64,000 bases of DNA, from positions 90,396,001-90,460,000 of the forward strand of contig OZ024745.1 in NCBI GenBank assembly GCA_964016885.1, in the 5' to 3' direction. Under the pieces are notes generated by a model. The model searched no databases and had not been told where the DNA came from. It saw only the letters and a program-made list of their open reading frames with translations. Both the position numbers and the translations under genes were made by a program. The stretch's first letter is position 1. Each line of letters opens with the position of its first letter. Positions 1-11,620 of this stretch are shown in pieces. Source of the stretch: Eledone cirrhosa (Eukaryota).

Positions 1-1544
1 CCAATAGGCGGAGACAGTTCATATGGGTAACACATACCCCCGAAAAAATGTGCAACCCTCAACTCCAAGAGTACGAAGAGTTTGTACTCCTTTCATCTCC
101 TCCTCATTTTCCTCAACCTACAGGCTGATATAGAGAGAAGGCCCATTCACTTGGGCCATTCTCGCCACTTTCACCCACCTTTCATAAAGCTTGCTGGGGT
201 ACAGCACCTCTCTCTCTATCCTGATTCTTCTTCCAAAGTGGTATTTGAAAAAAAGATAGATAGATAGATAGATAGATCGATAGATATTTGCATAGTAATT
301 ATATTCATATTCAACTTGGCATACTATGTATGCCAATTTGAACATTTATGCTTAAATTATTAAATATCTCGTGAAGACGTTTAGACCAAGTTTAATTGTT
401 GTTTATAAGAGTTTTTTTAGAATAGTTATATACAAAATTATAGCGAATTTTCTTTATATATCTGTTGGGGAAACTAGTCTTGATGGGAATAAGACGAGTC
501 TACGAACACTCATAAGCTCAATGCTATTGATGCTATGTGGTTTAAATTGACTTATAGAATTGTATTATGGTCAAAAGTCCATACTGCGGAAAAAAAGTTC
601 TTTCACTTAACGGAAACACTTCCTGATAGAAAGCTGTCGGTTTGCTCTCAAATTATTCTATTCGGCAGTTACCCTAGTTTCGTAGAAGCAATCTATAATT
701 AAGTTACAGTCAGATACTTTTGAGGTATATTATTCACTTTGCACCAAATGATAGTATCCAATTTGTTGTTTACTTCACAGTTAATTATAGTATAAAAGTA
801 TTTGCGGCTATTGATCGTGTTTCAGAGATGGGTCGATCATTTTAGTGGTATGTTTAAATTAGTTTATCTGTCACTGTCTCCGCTAATTGCCGCTGAACGA
901 TACAATCAACAGAGTACAGCAGACATATTCAATATCTATAAATCAGAAGTTAACTTATCCAGTCTGGTAACTTTTTGTTAACTATAGCAATGTCTAACAA
1001 AAACACATTGTTTAACTGCCAACAATATTTAAATGTATTCAGGTTTTTTTAGGTGCAAAATCTAAAAATGGTCATAGTTTTGCCAAAATTAGCTGTAGTC
1101 TTTGTGATATTAGATATTCCTCAAATATTGTTTTTACTCCAATATAACCTATAGTTGAAGAGGGATTATATGGATCACATTACTCGTCAAAATTGTATTT
1201 TATGAATTTATACAATCTAAGTTTTAATATAATCTTATCTTTAATTTATGGTGAATATACTTTATAAAATTAAAATAAATTTGTCACCACTCTATATGGA
1301 ATTTGGTAAACAAATTCACCGATTGCTTCAAATACAATTATAAATCGTTCCCTGCACCGAGTGAAGTTGAAAGCAGCTTTATTTGATGTAAACTCATCAA
1401 AGATACAAATTTTACAATTTTTATTAACAATATTGAACCTTTAACTTCAATGCAGTAATTTGCCGAGTTAACAACAATGAAGATAACCACAAAACAAATA
1501 TAGAGTTTCTACTAAAGATATTCGATACATTTAAAGATTTTTAT

Positions 1545-1672
1545 GCAGAGTCGTTAGAAGGTCAGATAAAATGCTTTGCGGTATTCGTTCCCGCTCTCTA
1601 TTCACCGAGGTCACCTTTGCCTTTCATCCATTTGACGTCGATAAAAAAGTACTAGTCAGGTACTGGGATCGA
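1545..1672 (+). mobile_element. Degenerate tRNA-derived SINE (Meta-domain-like core)
   Basis: ACCGAGGTCACCTTTGCCTTTCATCCATTTGACGTCGATAAAAAAGTAC matches the better-preserved copy at 16418-16640. Confidence 0.7.
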
Positions 1673-1697
1673 TTTTTCTTCTATATCTCTTTCTCAC

Positions 1698-1818
<121 letters not shown>

Positions 1819-1972
1819 CTCTCCTCTCTCCTTCTCTGGAAGAAATCTACTGTATTTAGACCAGAAGAGGAGATGGGATCCTCCAGGTTGTAAAATTGCC
1901 CTAGAAACGGCGTATGTCTATATGGCGCCCTTACGACTCTCTCCGAAGTTAGAGAACCATACATATATACCA

Positions 1973-2155
1973 ATGTATAGTATAAAAGCATAATTTCTCG
2001 ATAACCTATTGAACATATTTTCAAAGCACTTTGTTGAGTTTAGTGAAGTAGACGGTGAGAGATTTCATCAGGATATAAAAGTGATGGAGGTAAGCTATAA
2101 GCTATCAAGACGTGGATCAGACATGTAAGGACAGATAACTGCTGGTGCATTAAAC
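1973..2155 (+). pseudogene. C-terminal DNA transposase relic, Chapaev-3-like (CMC group)
   Basis: Translates as MYSIKA*FLDNLLNIFSKHFVEFSEVDGERFHQDIKVME...TDNCWCIK. This resembles the motif MSIKVHFLHSHLDYFPENLGAVSEEQGERFHQDIKVME..YQGRW..MADYCW. It has a stop and frameshifts. The family name is from memory of the motif. Confidence 0.65.
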
Positions 2156-2308
2156 TTCATTGTATGTTTTTAGCTCAAACGCTAGAATCAACCTACCAAA
2201 ACTGGTGTCATGTTTTGGAATCAGTGTCCCAAACTGACTCTAAAATCATTCCAATACCATTGGTAAAAGTAATGTTGAAAATAGTATAGCTAGTAACTGT
2301 AAATTCGT

Positions 2309-2374
<66 letters not shown>

Positions 2375-2437
2375 GAAGGAAATGTGGTAAAGAACCAGGT
2401 GGACCATAATATATATATATATATATTTATTTATTTA

Positions 2438-3069
2438 TTAAAATAACAGATTAAAGTTTAAGCAAAGAATCGCTGCTTTCACCCTTAACGGGATCTTCTG
2501 AAACTAACAAAGTCAATCTGTGAACGCAGAAGTGAATATTTAAAAAATGTTGCAACCAGAGGAAGACAGGAAGACGATACTTTGGTTCGTGGAAACGTTC
2601 CCTGGCAAAGAACGGGAAAAAACGAATATAATACGTCATTATTTGGAGCAGTGAAAAACAATTACACGCAAAGACAAAACCACGTTGATGGTATAAAAGA
2701 AGTCGTAGACTAATATTCTATTAGATGGTTCATAAAGACGTTCTCTGGCGATGAAGGGAAAAAACGAAGATAATACGTCATATGTGGAGCGTGGAGAACA
2801 ATTGCACACAAAGACAAAACAACTTAAATGGTATAACTGAAGTCGTAGACTAAAATTCTAACTAGGAAACCGAATGATTTTCGGCTTCAGAGTTAAGAAT
2901 AAAGTAAATAAAATACAGAGGTTAAAGGGTGAAAGCAGCGATTCTTTGCTTAAACTTTAATCTGTTATTTTAATAAATATTTGCTCTACGGTTCTTATAT
3001 ATTTGATATATATTTATCCTTACCGAGCCCTCTTTGGATTTTAGTCTTCAAATTTATTATTATTACTAA
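2438..3069. mobile_element. Non-coding PLE-type fold-back element, family A (HHR with CAGAAGA core), between (TA)n tracts
   Basis: 2438-2489 is the inverted copy of 2921-2975. There are internal ~140-bp subrepeats (AAACGAA.ATAATACGTCAT...GTCGTAGACTAA). Homologous pieces lie at 9666-9816, 13641-13752 and 44706-45613. Confidence 0.7.
2455..2505 (-). ncRNA. Type I hammerhead ribozyme variant (CAGAAGA core)
   Basis: Minus strand AGTTT-CAGAAGA-T CCC GTTAA GGG T-GAAA-GCA GCGATTCTT TGC-T T-AAACT. Stem I is AGTTT/AAACT, stem II CCC/GGG, stem III AGCA/TGCT, and the putative site is CUU. Confidence 0.55.
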
Positions 3070-3089
3070 ATATATATATATATATATAT

Positions 3090-3640
3090 ATAAGGATTAA
3101 AATACTGGAGCGTGTTGGAGTTAAACACCCTCTTCGTATTATAGAAATGACAGTAAAAGGTATTGCTCAATGTAATTAAACAGAGCCGAAGAATTATGAA
3201 AATAAAACAAAGAAGCCTTCAATACATCAAAAGTCTTTATTAGCCAACAATGTTTCGTCCTATTAAGGACTCATCAGGGCAATCAAAACCACAAGAAGCA
3301 CTATCGGCCAATACAAGCCGAAAACTCCGAAGAATATGGAGTGTACATACACTAAAGTATTGGAAGATTATGGGTAAAAATATATAATAAAAATCACTAA
3401 GGAGGTGGATAACATTTTGAACCATATTACAAATATAGTCCAAAGCAAAAAAACTAGAGTTAAACAAAGGTGGTTATATAGAGCGGGAATTATAGTACTA
3501 TATGTAATACAATATAATATAATATAATATACTTGTAACAATATTAAAATTAAAATTAAAATTAAAAGGCACAATATACATATGTATATATGTACGCACA
3601 CGTACGCACATATACATATACATCAATACACATTTCCATC
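3090..3640 (-). mobile_element. Solo pseudo-LTR plus tail of the PLE family at 50849-54952
   Basis: ~3200-3640 is the reverse complement of ~54490-54945. 3090-3187 matches 50849-50944. The piece carries a hammerhead and starts at (TA)n. Confidence 0.85.
3239..3283 (-). ncRNA. Minimal type I hammerhead ribozyme (PLE pLTR)
   Basis: Minus strand ATTGCC-CTGATGA-GTCCT TAAT AGGAC-GAAAC ATT GTT-GGCTAAT. The core is canonical. The site is GUU, versus GUC in the 54864 copy. Confidence 0.85.
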
Positions 3641-3773
3641 ATTAACAGCACAAATTAAACCTTATTAAGAGTTTAAATATAAATAAGCGTATATATATAT
3701 ATATAATAATGAGTTCAAATCTCAGGCGATCATATACAGTGAAATAGCTCGAAGAAAGAGTGATTTATATTAA

Positions 3774-3863
<90 letters not shown>

Positions 3864-4101
3864 TGAACAGCACTGGGCAGCACCTCAATGAAGTTAACTG
3901 TTTCACTGATTTAACTTTAACAGAACAATCTATGATATTATAAAGCTGAGTGTTGTGTGTATTATGTATGTATGTATGTATGTATGTATGTATGTATGTA
4001 TGTATGTATGTATGTATGTATGTATCCTACACACCTCTCTATAGTTTGTTAGCTTTACTCACTCCGTCGCTCTTCCCTCTCTCTATAATAGATCATTCCC
4101 C

Positions 4102-4301
4102 NNNNNNNNNNNNNNNNNNNNNNNNNNNNNNNNNNNNNNNNNNNNNNNNNNNNNNNNNNNNNNNNNNNNNNNNNNNNNNNNNNNNNNNNNNNNNNNNNNN
4201 NNNNNNNNNNNNNNNNNNNNNNNNNNNNNNNNNNNNNNNNNNNNNNNNNNNNNNNNNNNNNNNNNNNNNNNNNNNNNNNNNNNNNNNNNNNNNNNNNNNN
4301 N
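4102..4301. other. Assembly gap (200 N)
   Basis: Run of N that truncates the LINE 3' end. Confidence 0.99.
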
Positions 4302-7269
4302 CATCCTCAGTGTATACTGATTAATGTTCAGAGCCATCCTCAGCATTCTCGTGTAGCACCCATCCACCATCTGAGACCCGTACAGCAATGAAGAGGCGGA
4401 TTTTCAGGTCTTTACGAAGGTCTGACTTCCACACCGATCTCAAGCAGTGGCACGCCGCCCAGGCTTTGCTCTTCCTCTCAACCACATCATCTTCCGTATT
4501 CCCAATCTTTGCTCCCAAATAGAGGAAGTCCTCAACCAATTCTAGCGGCTTCCCGCCTACATTTGTGATCCCCTCTGGCTTCTCAACATTCTCTACCAGA
4601 TATGTTGTTTTAGTCTCATTCATTCTCAGCCCCACACCCATCGACACAGTCTCAACCTCCTACATCAAATCCTCTGCCTCCTTCACTGTATTTGTAAACA
4701 AAACTATGTCGTCTGCAAATTCAGCATCCGATATCTTTTTCGCCTTAACTCTCCTGCTCTGAGTTGGTGCTACAGTAAAACCAGAGTCCTGGTGTTTCTC
4801 CAGTGCAAAGCGCATACAATAGTCCACTACGATGATAAAAAGGTAGGTAGCCAATGTATCTCTCTGGAGCACTCCAGCCAGTATCTCAAAAAACTCTGTC
4901 ATCCCATCGGGTGTAATGACTTGGGCTTTGGTGGTGGTGTAGAGCAGTGATATCAGGTCCACTATCTTCTTGGGGATTCCATAAGCCTGTAAGATCTTCA
5001 TCAGGCAGTGACGGTCCACAGAATCAAAGGCCTTCCTAAAGTCAATGAAAACCATGACCGCAGGAAGGCACTTTGCTCTAGCTCCCTCTAATATCCTCCT
5101 CGGCATCAGGATTTGACTGGTGGTTGATCTTCCCTCTCTGAAGCCGTTCTGGTTGTCCCTGAGCTTCTTCTCCATCTCAGGCTGGATCCTGTTAAGAATA
5201 ATCCTGTTGAGGGTCTTTGCCACAAGAGACGTCAGTGATATCCCCCTGTAGTTGTTGGTGTTAGAGAGATCTCCCTTCTTTGGCACTGGGACGATGTTCC
5301 TGATCCTCCACTGATTCGGGGTAACTCCTTTCTCCAGTGCCTGGTTACAGAACCCCAGGATGATATCATCAAAATCACACCTCTTCATCACCTCTGATGC
5401 CACTCCATCTTCTCCACGAGCCTTGCCCTCCTTGATCTTCTTCTTGACTCTCTGAAGCTCCTCTCTGGTGAAGGGGTCTGTCTCAATATCCAGTTCTTCA
5501 AACAGCCGCCTGATCTCCCCAGTGCTCTGGGCTGTGGAGGGTGGCTCTCCTAGTAGGGTCCTAAAATGGTCTAGCCATTTCCTCTTCCTATCCTCGGGCC
5601 CTGTTCCCTGGATCTGGCTCGAAAACCTTCTCTTCCTCCCTGTGATCTCGTTGATGATCATCCAGCTCTCCTTACATCCAGATCTGTCATCCGCTCTCTC
5701 CATAATTCTGATCTTCTCTATCAGTGCCTCCTCTCTGGACTCAGTGTAAGCGTTACAGAGTTCTTCCCTCATCACCTCCTCAGTCTCCATCCTCTCCTCC
5801 GTAGGATCAGCATAGAATTGGTCCTTGACATCTTTCAGGTGTTCTCTGGCTGCACACACATTTGGGTTTGCAGAGCTGACGTGCTTCCTTTTGTTCTTTC
5901 TCCTCGGCACCAGGGTCTCACTTGCTTCCGCCACTGCATTAGTGAAGTGCCCGTACCTCCTCGTCACACTCTCCTCAGTCCATCCAATCTCTCTCTCCTC
6001 TGACTCTCCACACAGAGCACTGAACCTGTTCCTCACTTCCACCGTGAACCTCTCCCGTAGCTTATCATCTTCCTTGAAAGCTCCCCAGTCATAGATTGCT
6101 CTCCGGGGCTGAGCCTTTCTCTTTCTTAAGCTCACCCGGCCCTCACTCATAACAAGCCGGTGGTCACTACCCAGTGTACTGAAATAGTTGTATGGTTATG
6201 TGTTCAGAACACTATTCCGCCACATTTTCCTCACCAGAATGAAATCAATCTGGGACTTGGACAGGTGCATATCTGAGATGTAGGTCCACATCTTCCCCGG
6301 ATTCTTCCTAAACCTTAGGTTGGTCGCTATTAAGTTCGCCTCCAGCAGGGTGTCTCTCAGTAGTCTTCCATTTCGGTTGGTGTTGTTATGGAAGTACCAG
6401 CAAGGATGTTCACTGCCCTCCTTACTCAGATGTGCATTGAAGTCCCCCAAAACAAGCAGGATGTTGTGTGCTTGTGTGGTGTTGACAGCTCTACACACCT
6501 CCTCATGGAACACTTCGGCACTCACATCACTGTCTCCCTCGGTTAGACTATAGGCTGAGATGACTGTCAGTCTTGGGTTTCCATTGAAGGTCACCCTCAA
6601 CACTCGCGGGGAGACAGGTATTATTTCCCTCACCAATAGACTGGTTTTTGTGCTGAAAACAAAACCCACTCCTCCCACTGCAGCACTGGTCATGTTCTTC
6701 ACTGCCGAAGTGGTGATGAACTGGTTCATCTTCCCAATCATCACACTCCGCACGGGCTCATCGTGTAGGATCCTGTGTTCTTGGATCGCAAGTATCTGTA
6801 TACCACTCTCCTCGAACAGATGTCCCAACTCCTCTCTCTTCTCTAGCGTCCGAATAGTCCTCACATTCAAAGTGCCCATTTTGATGGCTCTTCTGCAGGA
6901 CAAAACTGCATTCTTTATATTTGTCTCAGAGACAGCTGATCCATCATCCACTGGCCCTCCCTGTGGCTCTAAGCCAGCAGAGTCATAACGACCAGACTGC
7001 TCCTTGACAGAGTAATTAGGGGCTCTAAGCCTATTGCTGTTAGATCGACTCTCCATATTTCTTTTCAATGGCTGATAATACCTTACCGGCGCCACTCGAA
7101 TAAGGTAGTTATTTAACCCATAAATTTTGCCCTAACAGGTACTACTACTCCGGGCCAGAGCAGACCTGGGAGTTATGACAACTAAGAGGTAACTCCACAT
7201 TCCCCACAGCTCCTGAACTCCCGGACTGGAGCCTTGCTACTGGATGTAGTTTAATGTCATACCCAGGCC
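4302..7269 (-). mobile_element. RTE-clade non-LTR retrotransposon (LINE), 5'-complete, 3' end lost in gap
   Basis: A single reading frame encodes APE endonuclease followed by RT. A structured 5' leader at 7143-7269 abuts TATATATA. Confidence 0.88.
4321..7095 (-). pseudogene. APE endonuclease-reverse transcriptase ORF with two in-frame stops and a 3' frameshift
   Basis: ORFs 6196-7095, 4660-6150 and 4321-4647 share one frame, broken by TAA (6196) and TAG (4660). APE motifs are GTLNVRT, LAIQEHR, LGDFNAH, SQIDFIL and GSDHRLV. RT motifs are PVPKKGD..NYRGISL, QNGFR..RST, FIDFRKAFDSV, GVLQRDTLA, EFADD and FLYLG. Confidence 0.93.
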
Positions 7270-7459
7270 ATATATATATTGGTTTTCTCGTTGCTTCGGT
7301 GTCGTGGCTAGGCTTGCCTGTCACAGTTTTCAATTTGTCATGCCGGCTAACGAATCTTATTACTCTGAGATTCCTCATGGAGTGCTTGGCTGCATAATTC
7401 CTGATTGTATCTCGTTGGGTTGGCTACAGCCGAAGCTTCGATTTTACTAAACTTCCATT

Positions 7460-7507
<48 letters not shown>

Positions 7508-7511
<4 letters not shown>

Positions 7512-7640
7512 AAAATAGTCAAGACCCAGACGGCTGAGCTCCGGCCGTTTCGACAGCTAGATCCGAACTACTGCCCTAAGTATTGAGTACTCTGGTGCGT
7601 TATGGCCCACCTGGTTCCTTACCACACTTTCTTTGTTATA
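7508..7640. mobile_element. Short fold-back PLE-type fragment (HHR 3' half on minus, tail on plus)
   Basis: Minus CGAAACGGCCGGAGCTCAGCCGTC. The plus-strand tail AAGTATTGAGTACT...CACCTGGTTCCTTACCAC matches the 13783-13977 family. Both ends lie in (TA)n. Confidence 0.65.
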
Positions 7641-7673
7641 TATATATATATATATATACATACACATCAGTAT

Positions 7674-7783
<110 letters not shown>

Positions 7784-8399
7784 TGCGCGGGGTTGTAAGT
7801 AATTTTATTTCATCCTTTTGAAAATATAGACGTATTGAAAAGTTTAATAACTGTAAAGTATTCCTTAATAAATGTGTATGAGTGTGCGTGTGTGCGTTTG
7901 TGTGTGTATGTGTGTGTGCATGTGCGTGTATATGTTTGTTTGTGCGTGTATATGTTTGTGTGTGCGTGTGTGTTTGTTTGTGTGTGTACATATACTCTTT
8001 CATTCTTTTACTAGATTCAGTCATTGTTCAGAAAACACGGGCCACCACTTTCAAAGATTTTCAGGTTGTTTGTAGTGACCACAATAATTATTTTTACTTA
8101 TTTCATCGATATATATTGGTTATCGATCAGCAAATTTAGCAATTTCAAACAATATTGGTTTTGTTTTTCTATAGGTAATGTTGCGTCAATCACATATATA
8201 CAAACTCGGATACAGATAAATATACATACACACACATATTCACATATATATATATATATATGTATATACACATATATATATACAACTCGGATACAGATAA
8301 TATACATACGCACACATATTTACACACACATATATATATATATACACATATATATATACAAACTCGGATATAGATAAATATACTTACACACATATATTT

Positions 8400-8454
<55 letters not shown>

Positions 8455-8579
8455 AACTCGGAAACAGATACACATACATATTCACACATATATATATACA
8501 GAAGTCTCAATAAAAATAGAAATTTATTCATGTTTGGAGAGGTCAGCTGATTATACAAAGACAAGTAAAGCTAAAGAAG

Positions 8580-8840
8580 AAGCCCAGACAAATGCAGCCG
8601 AATGCAGTTTTGTGAAGGGACATAGCATCCGGTCGCTCTCCGACTGTTTGCGGTCGTGCCCTTGGCAGTGGAGACTTCTGGTGTCCTTGGCCCTAGGGCT
8701 ACATTCCTACTCACCACCATAGGCGCTGAGCTGGCCAGCCGCAGGTGTGAGCCTCGCGAGTTGGAATGGCTCTTCCAGCGCATCTCCCTTACCATCCTCC
8801 GGGGAAACGCCTTCTCCATTCTGTCTGCTAGGGCTGTGGG
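8580..8840 (+). mobile_element. 3' fragment of a CRE-type non-LTR retrotransposon (restriction-like endonuclease C-terminus)
   Basis: AQTNAAE...VPLAVETSGVLGPRATFLLTTIG...EPRELEWLFQRISLTILRGNA matches the P.AVET.G...QR.S..I.RGNA signature of CRE-clade endonucleases. Confidence 0.8.
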
Positions 8841-9104
8841 GGGCCAGCACGTGGGACCCCATACAAAGAGATGGGGAGGGCGAGAGAGATGGAGGCGATG
8901 ACAATGGGAGTTCGGCTCTTCCACGTTCGGATCTTATCCTTGTGGTTGTGTTCGTTATCTATCGAGTTCACTCTGTTATTCAGAGAGTCCTGTGAAGGAG
9001 TGTGTTATTTGCAATTTTTGTTTTTTTTAACAAAAGAACAAAGATTTCTCTGGACTCATTGAACATTTAGTCTTCAGTCAGTTATATACAATTCTTTTTT
9101 TATA

Positions 9105-9210
9105 TCTCGGCTAGGAAGTTAGATTCACAATCATAAACAAGGTCGTACGTTCGATTCCAAGACTGGGCGGTGCGTTGTGTTCTTCAACAAAATACTTTAT
9201 CTTTACAATA
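9105..9210 (+). mobile_element. Degenerate tRNA-derived SINE fragment (second family)
   Basis: A B-box-like GTTCGATTCC is followed by GTTGTGTTCTTCAACAAAATACTTTA, which resembles the GTGTCCTTGAGCAAGGCACTT conserved SINE domain. Confidence 0.45.
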
Positions 9211-9585
9211 CTCCTTCTGTCAGGAGTTGCAACCAATAACGAATACCACCAGCAATGAAAATATTACTTCCTTGCTCAGATTCTCTTTCCATTTTTCTTT
9301 TGTTTAAAAAAAAATGATTTCTCTTTATCAAATGTTTGTACAAGATGTTCAAGTCTCCAAACTTAATCGTAAAAATGATATTTAAATTTCACTACAATCT
9401 GTAATTTTATTTTAATAAAATAAATATTTTGCAAGCATGACGAAAATATGTTTTTGTGTAAAGCAGTTTAGTAAAGAGCTCAATAAATATGGAAAAACAT
9501 TAAAGTTTAGAACCATTATCATTTGACATAAATCTTTTTGAAACGAAAAAACATTCCAAAATATATACCTCCTCTCTCTCTCACC

Positions 9586-9665
<80 letters not shown>

Positions 9666-9672
<7 letters not shown>

Positions 9673-9816
9673 TAACAGATTAAAGTGTAAACAAAGAATC
9701 GCTGCTTTCATCCTTAACGGGATCTTCTGAAACTAAAAAAAAATCAATCTGTGAACGCAGAAGTAAATATTTCGAAAAACGTTGGATTTTAGTCTTCAAA
9801 TTTATTATTATTACTA
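9666..9816. mobile_element. Short family-A fold-back insertion (degenerate CAGAAGA HHR at 9684-9734 on minus, tail on plus)
   Basis: Homologous to 2438-2550 and 3034-3069, and flanked by (TA)n. Confidence 0.7.
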
Positions 9817-9946
9817 TATATATATAATTTATATAGCTTTATAGAATTAGCTTTTCTATCAACCAACGACCTCTACCCATCCCACTCCCTACCCTCTCCT
9901 ACCACCTGAAGAGGCCTATAAATACCATATTTATTTTTTGATACCC

Positions 9947-9997
9947 AGATTCCTGATGATTTCTAAAGAATGAAACAGTTCTAGTTCTGTAGAATCT
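9947..9997 (+). ncRNA. Type I hammerhead ribozyme
   Basis: AGATTC-CTGATGA-T TTC TAAA GAA T-GAAA-CAG TTCTAGTT CTG-TA-GAATCT. Stem I is a perfect 6 bp, stem III is ACAG/CTGT, and the site is GUA. Confidence 0.8.
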
Positions 9998-10009
9998 CAT
10001 CTATATTAA

Positions 10010-10096
<87 letters not shown>

Positions 10097-10156
10097 TGTT
10101 CCCTGTAATTTTCTATATATATAGAATACACTTTTATAAATACATGCATTTATCTG

Positions 10157-10377
10157 TACGAGGAGGTACTATAAAGTTCATCGTTTGGGGTAAAAGAAAA
10201 TACAGGAGGAATAGGTAATTATGATTTTATTCAACATATTCCCCTTTCAGATTCACACACTTATTGCAGCAACCCTTCAGTTTTTCTGAGACCTGTAAAA
10301 AGAACTTGGAATGTTGGGCCCCCAGCCAGGCCCCTGTAGTAGCGACCAAGCCAAGAACTTCACAGTACTCCCTCGTA
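10157..10377. mobile_element. Non-autonomous Tc1/mariner element (MITE) with TA target duplication
   Basis: TA-CGAGGAGGTACTATAAAGTTC ... GAACTTCACAGTACTCCCTCG-TA form imperfect terminal inverted repeats. Confidence 0.8.
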
Positions 10378-10731
10378 TAAGTAATCTGTGTGTGCGAGGA
10401 AATATATACAAGTATACAATATTCACAGTGACAAATACATAAACAGACACACACACACATACACTTACATACACACACATCCAGATAATGAACATCATAG
10501 TTAAAAACATGTGACAATTGACCTAACCTATTTTGTTTCGAATTTCACCTTGCATTTTACCCTACAATTAGTTTGTTGGTCGGTTAGCTGGTTGGGCGGC
10601 TGGCTGGAGAATAGGGGTGAATAATCATAAAGGAATACAAAAAGGTTCTTGTTTTCTGTCGCTATTTCTGTGTATGAGTGCGGCTCACATGCCCCTCCCC
10701 CTCCACACACACGCGTATTATATATATATAC

Positions 10732-10858
10732 TAAATAGTGAGTCTTGTTACTCTGGAGTTTCGCCTGTTAATCACAGGATCATCAGACAATAGATGTTCT
10801 TGTCTGATGGCCCTGTGATAAACAGGCGAAACTTCAGAGTAACAAGACTCACTATTTA
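10732..10858. mobile_element. Palindromic element with two outward-facing hammerheads (10743-10790 minus, 10798-10847 plus)
   Basis: Arms are ~59 bp with a 9-bp spacer. Plus strand reads TCTTGT-CTGATGG-C CCTG TGATAAA CAGG C-GAAACT TCAG AGTA-ACAAGA. The minus copy has CTGATGA. Confidence 0.8.
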
Positions 10859-11125
10859 TCCTTAATAAAATGAATATTAAAACTCTACTTCGGAATTGTG
10901 TACTCCTTTCTCTCAGTCGTCAACAGCATGCGGATATAAATATATATATATATATAGTATTAAGGATACTATTTATGGCTATGTATGTAATAAAACCTTT
11001 TATGGTTATATATTTTTTATACAAACCTTAAATAGTGAAAGATAGTCATTAATTACTATCTTATTACCAGTAAGATAAATAGCTCAATGTAATAACATCG
11101 GTTGTTTTACAGAGCAGTTATATAG

Positions 11126-11436
11126 AGATTACAATAATCAAAGTTCAGTTTAAATAATTTATTTGCTTACAATTGTTTCCTCCAAACCGAGGTTTGGATT
11201 CTTCGGAGCAACTATTTAGTGATCTATAACATATTTGACCTCCTTTTCAACCCAAGAGACATATAAGAACACATGCACATATTGACCCACAGTGGGATGA
11301 CATCCATCAAAATGATGAAAAGGAGGTCAAATATGTTATAGATCACTAAATAGTTGCTCCGAAGAATCCAAACCTCGGTTTGGAGGAAACAATTGTAAGC
11401 AAATAAATGATTTAAACTGAACTTTGATTATTGTAA

Positions 11437-11439
<3 letters not shown>
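11126..11439. mobile_element. Palindromic element with two outward-facing hammerheads, CCGAAGA core (11163-11211 minus, 11354-11402 plus)
   Basis: Arms are ~124 bp and near identical, with spacer 11250-11315. The motif is TTGCT-CCGAAGA-A TCCAAAC CTCG GTTTGGA G-GAAAC AATT GTA-AGCAA. Confidence 0.8.
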
Positions 11440-11482
<43 letters not shown>

Positions 11483-11485
<3 letters not shown>

Positions 11486-11620
11486 CATTACTTGGATTAC
11501 CTTAAACGATATCTCGTTAACTTATATCTATATATATATAGAAAGATATAGATAGATATAGATAGATAGATATAGATATAAGTTAACGAGATATCGTTTA
11601 AGGTAATCTAAGTAATGAAA
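11483..11620. repeat. Inverted repeat (~48-bp arms) around an (ATAG/AT)n spacer
   Basis: TTTCATTACTTGGATTACCTTAAACGATATCTCGTTAACTTATATCTA and its reverse complement. The right arm continues into GAAACAATTGTT. Confidence 0.85.

Noticed and set aside
5468-6988. Plus-strand ORFs overlapping the LINE, and similar antisense ORFs over the PLEs
   Set aside because: They are shadow ORFs antisense to retroelement coding sequence, with no motifs.
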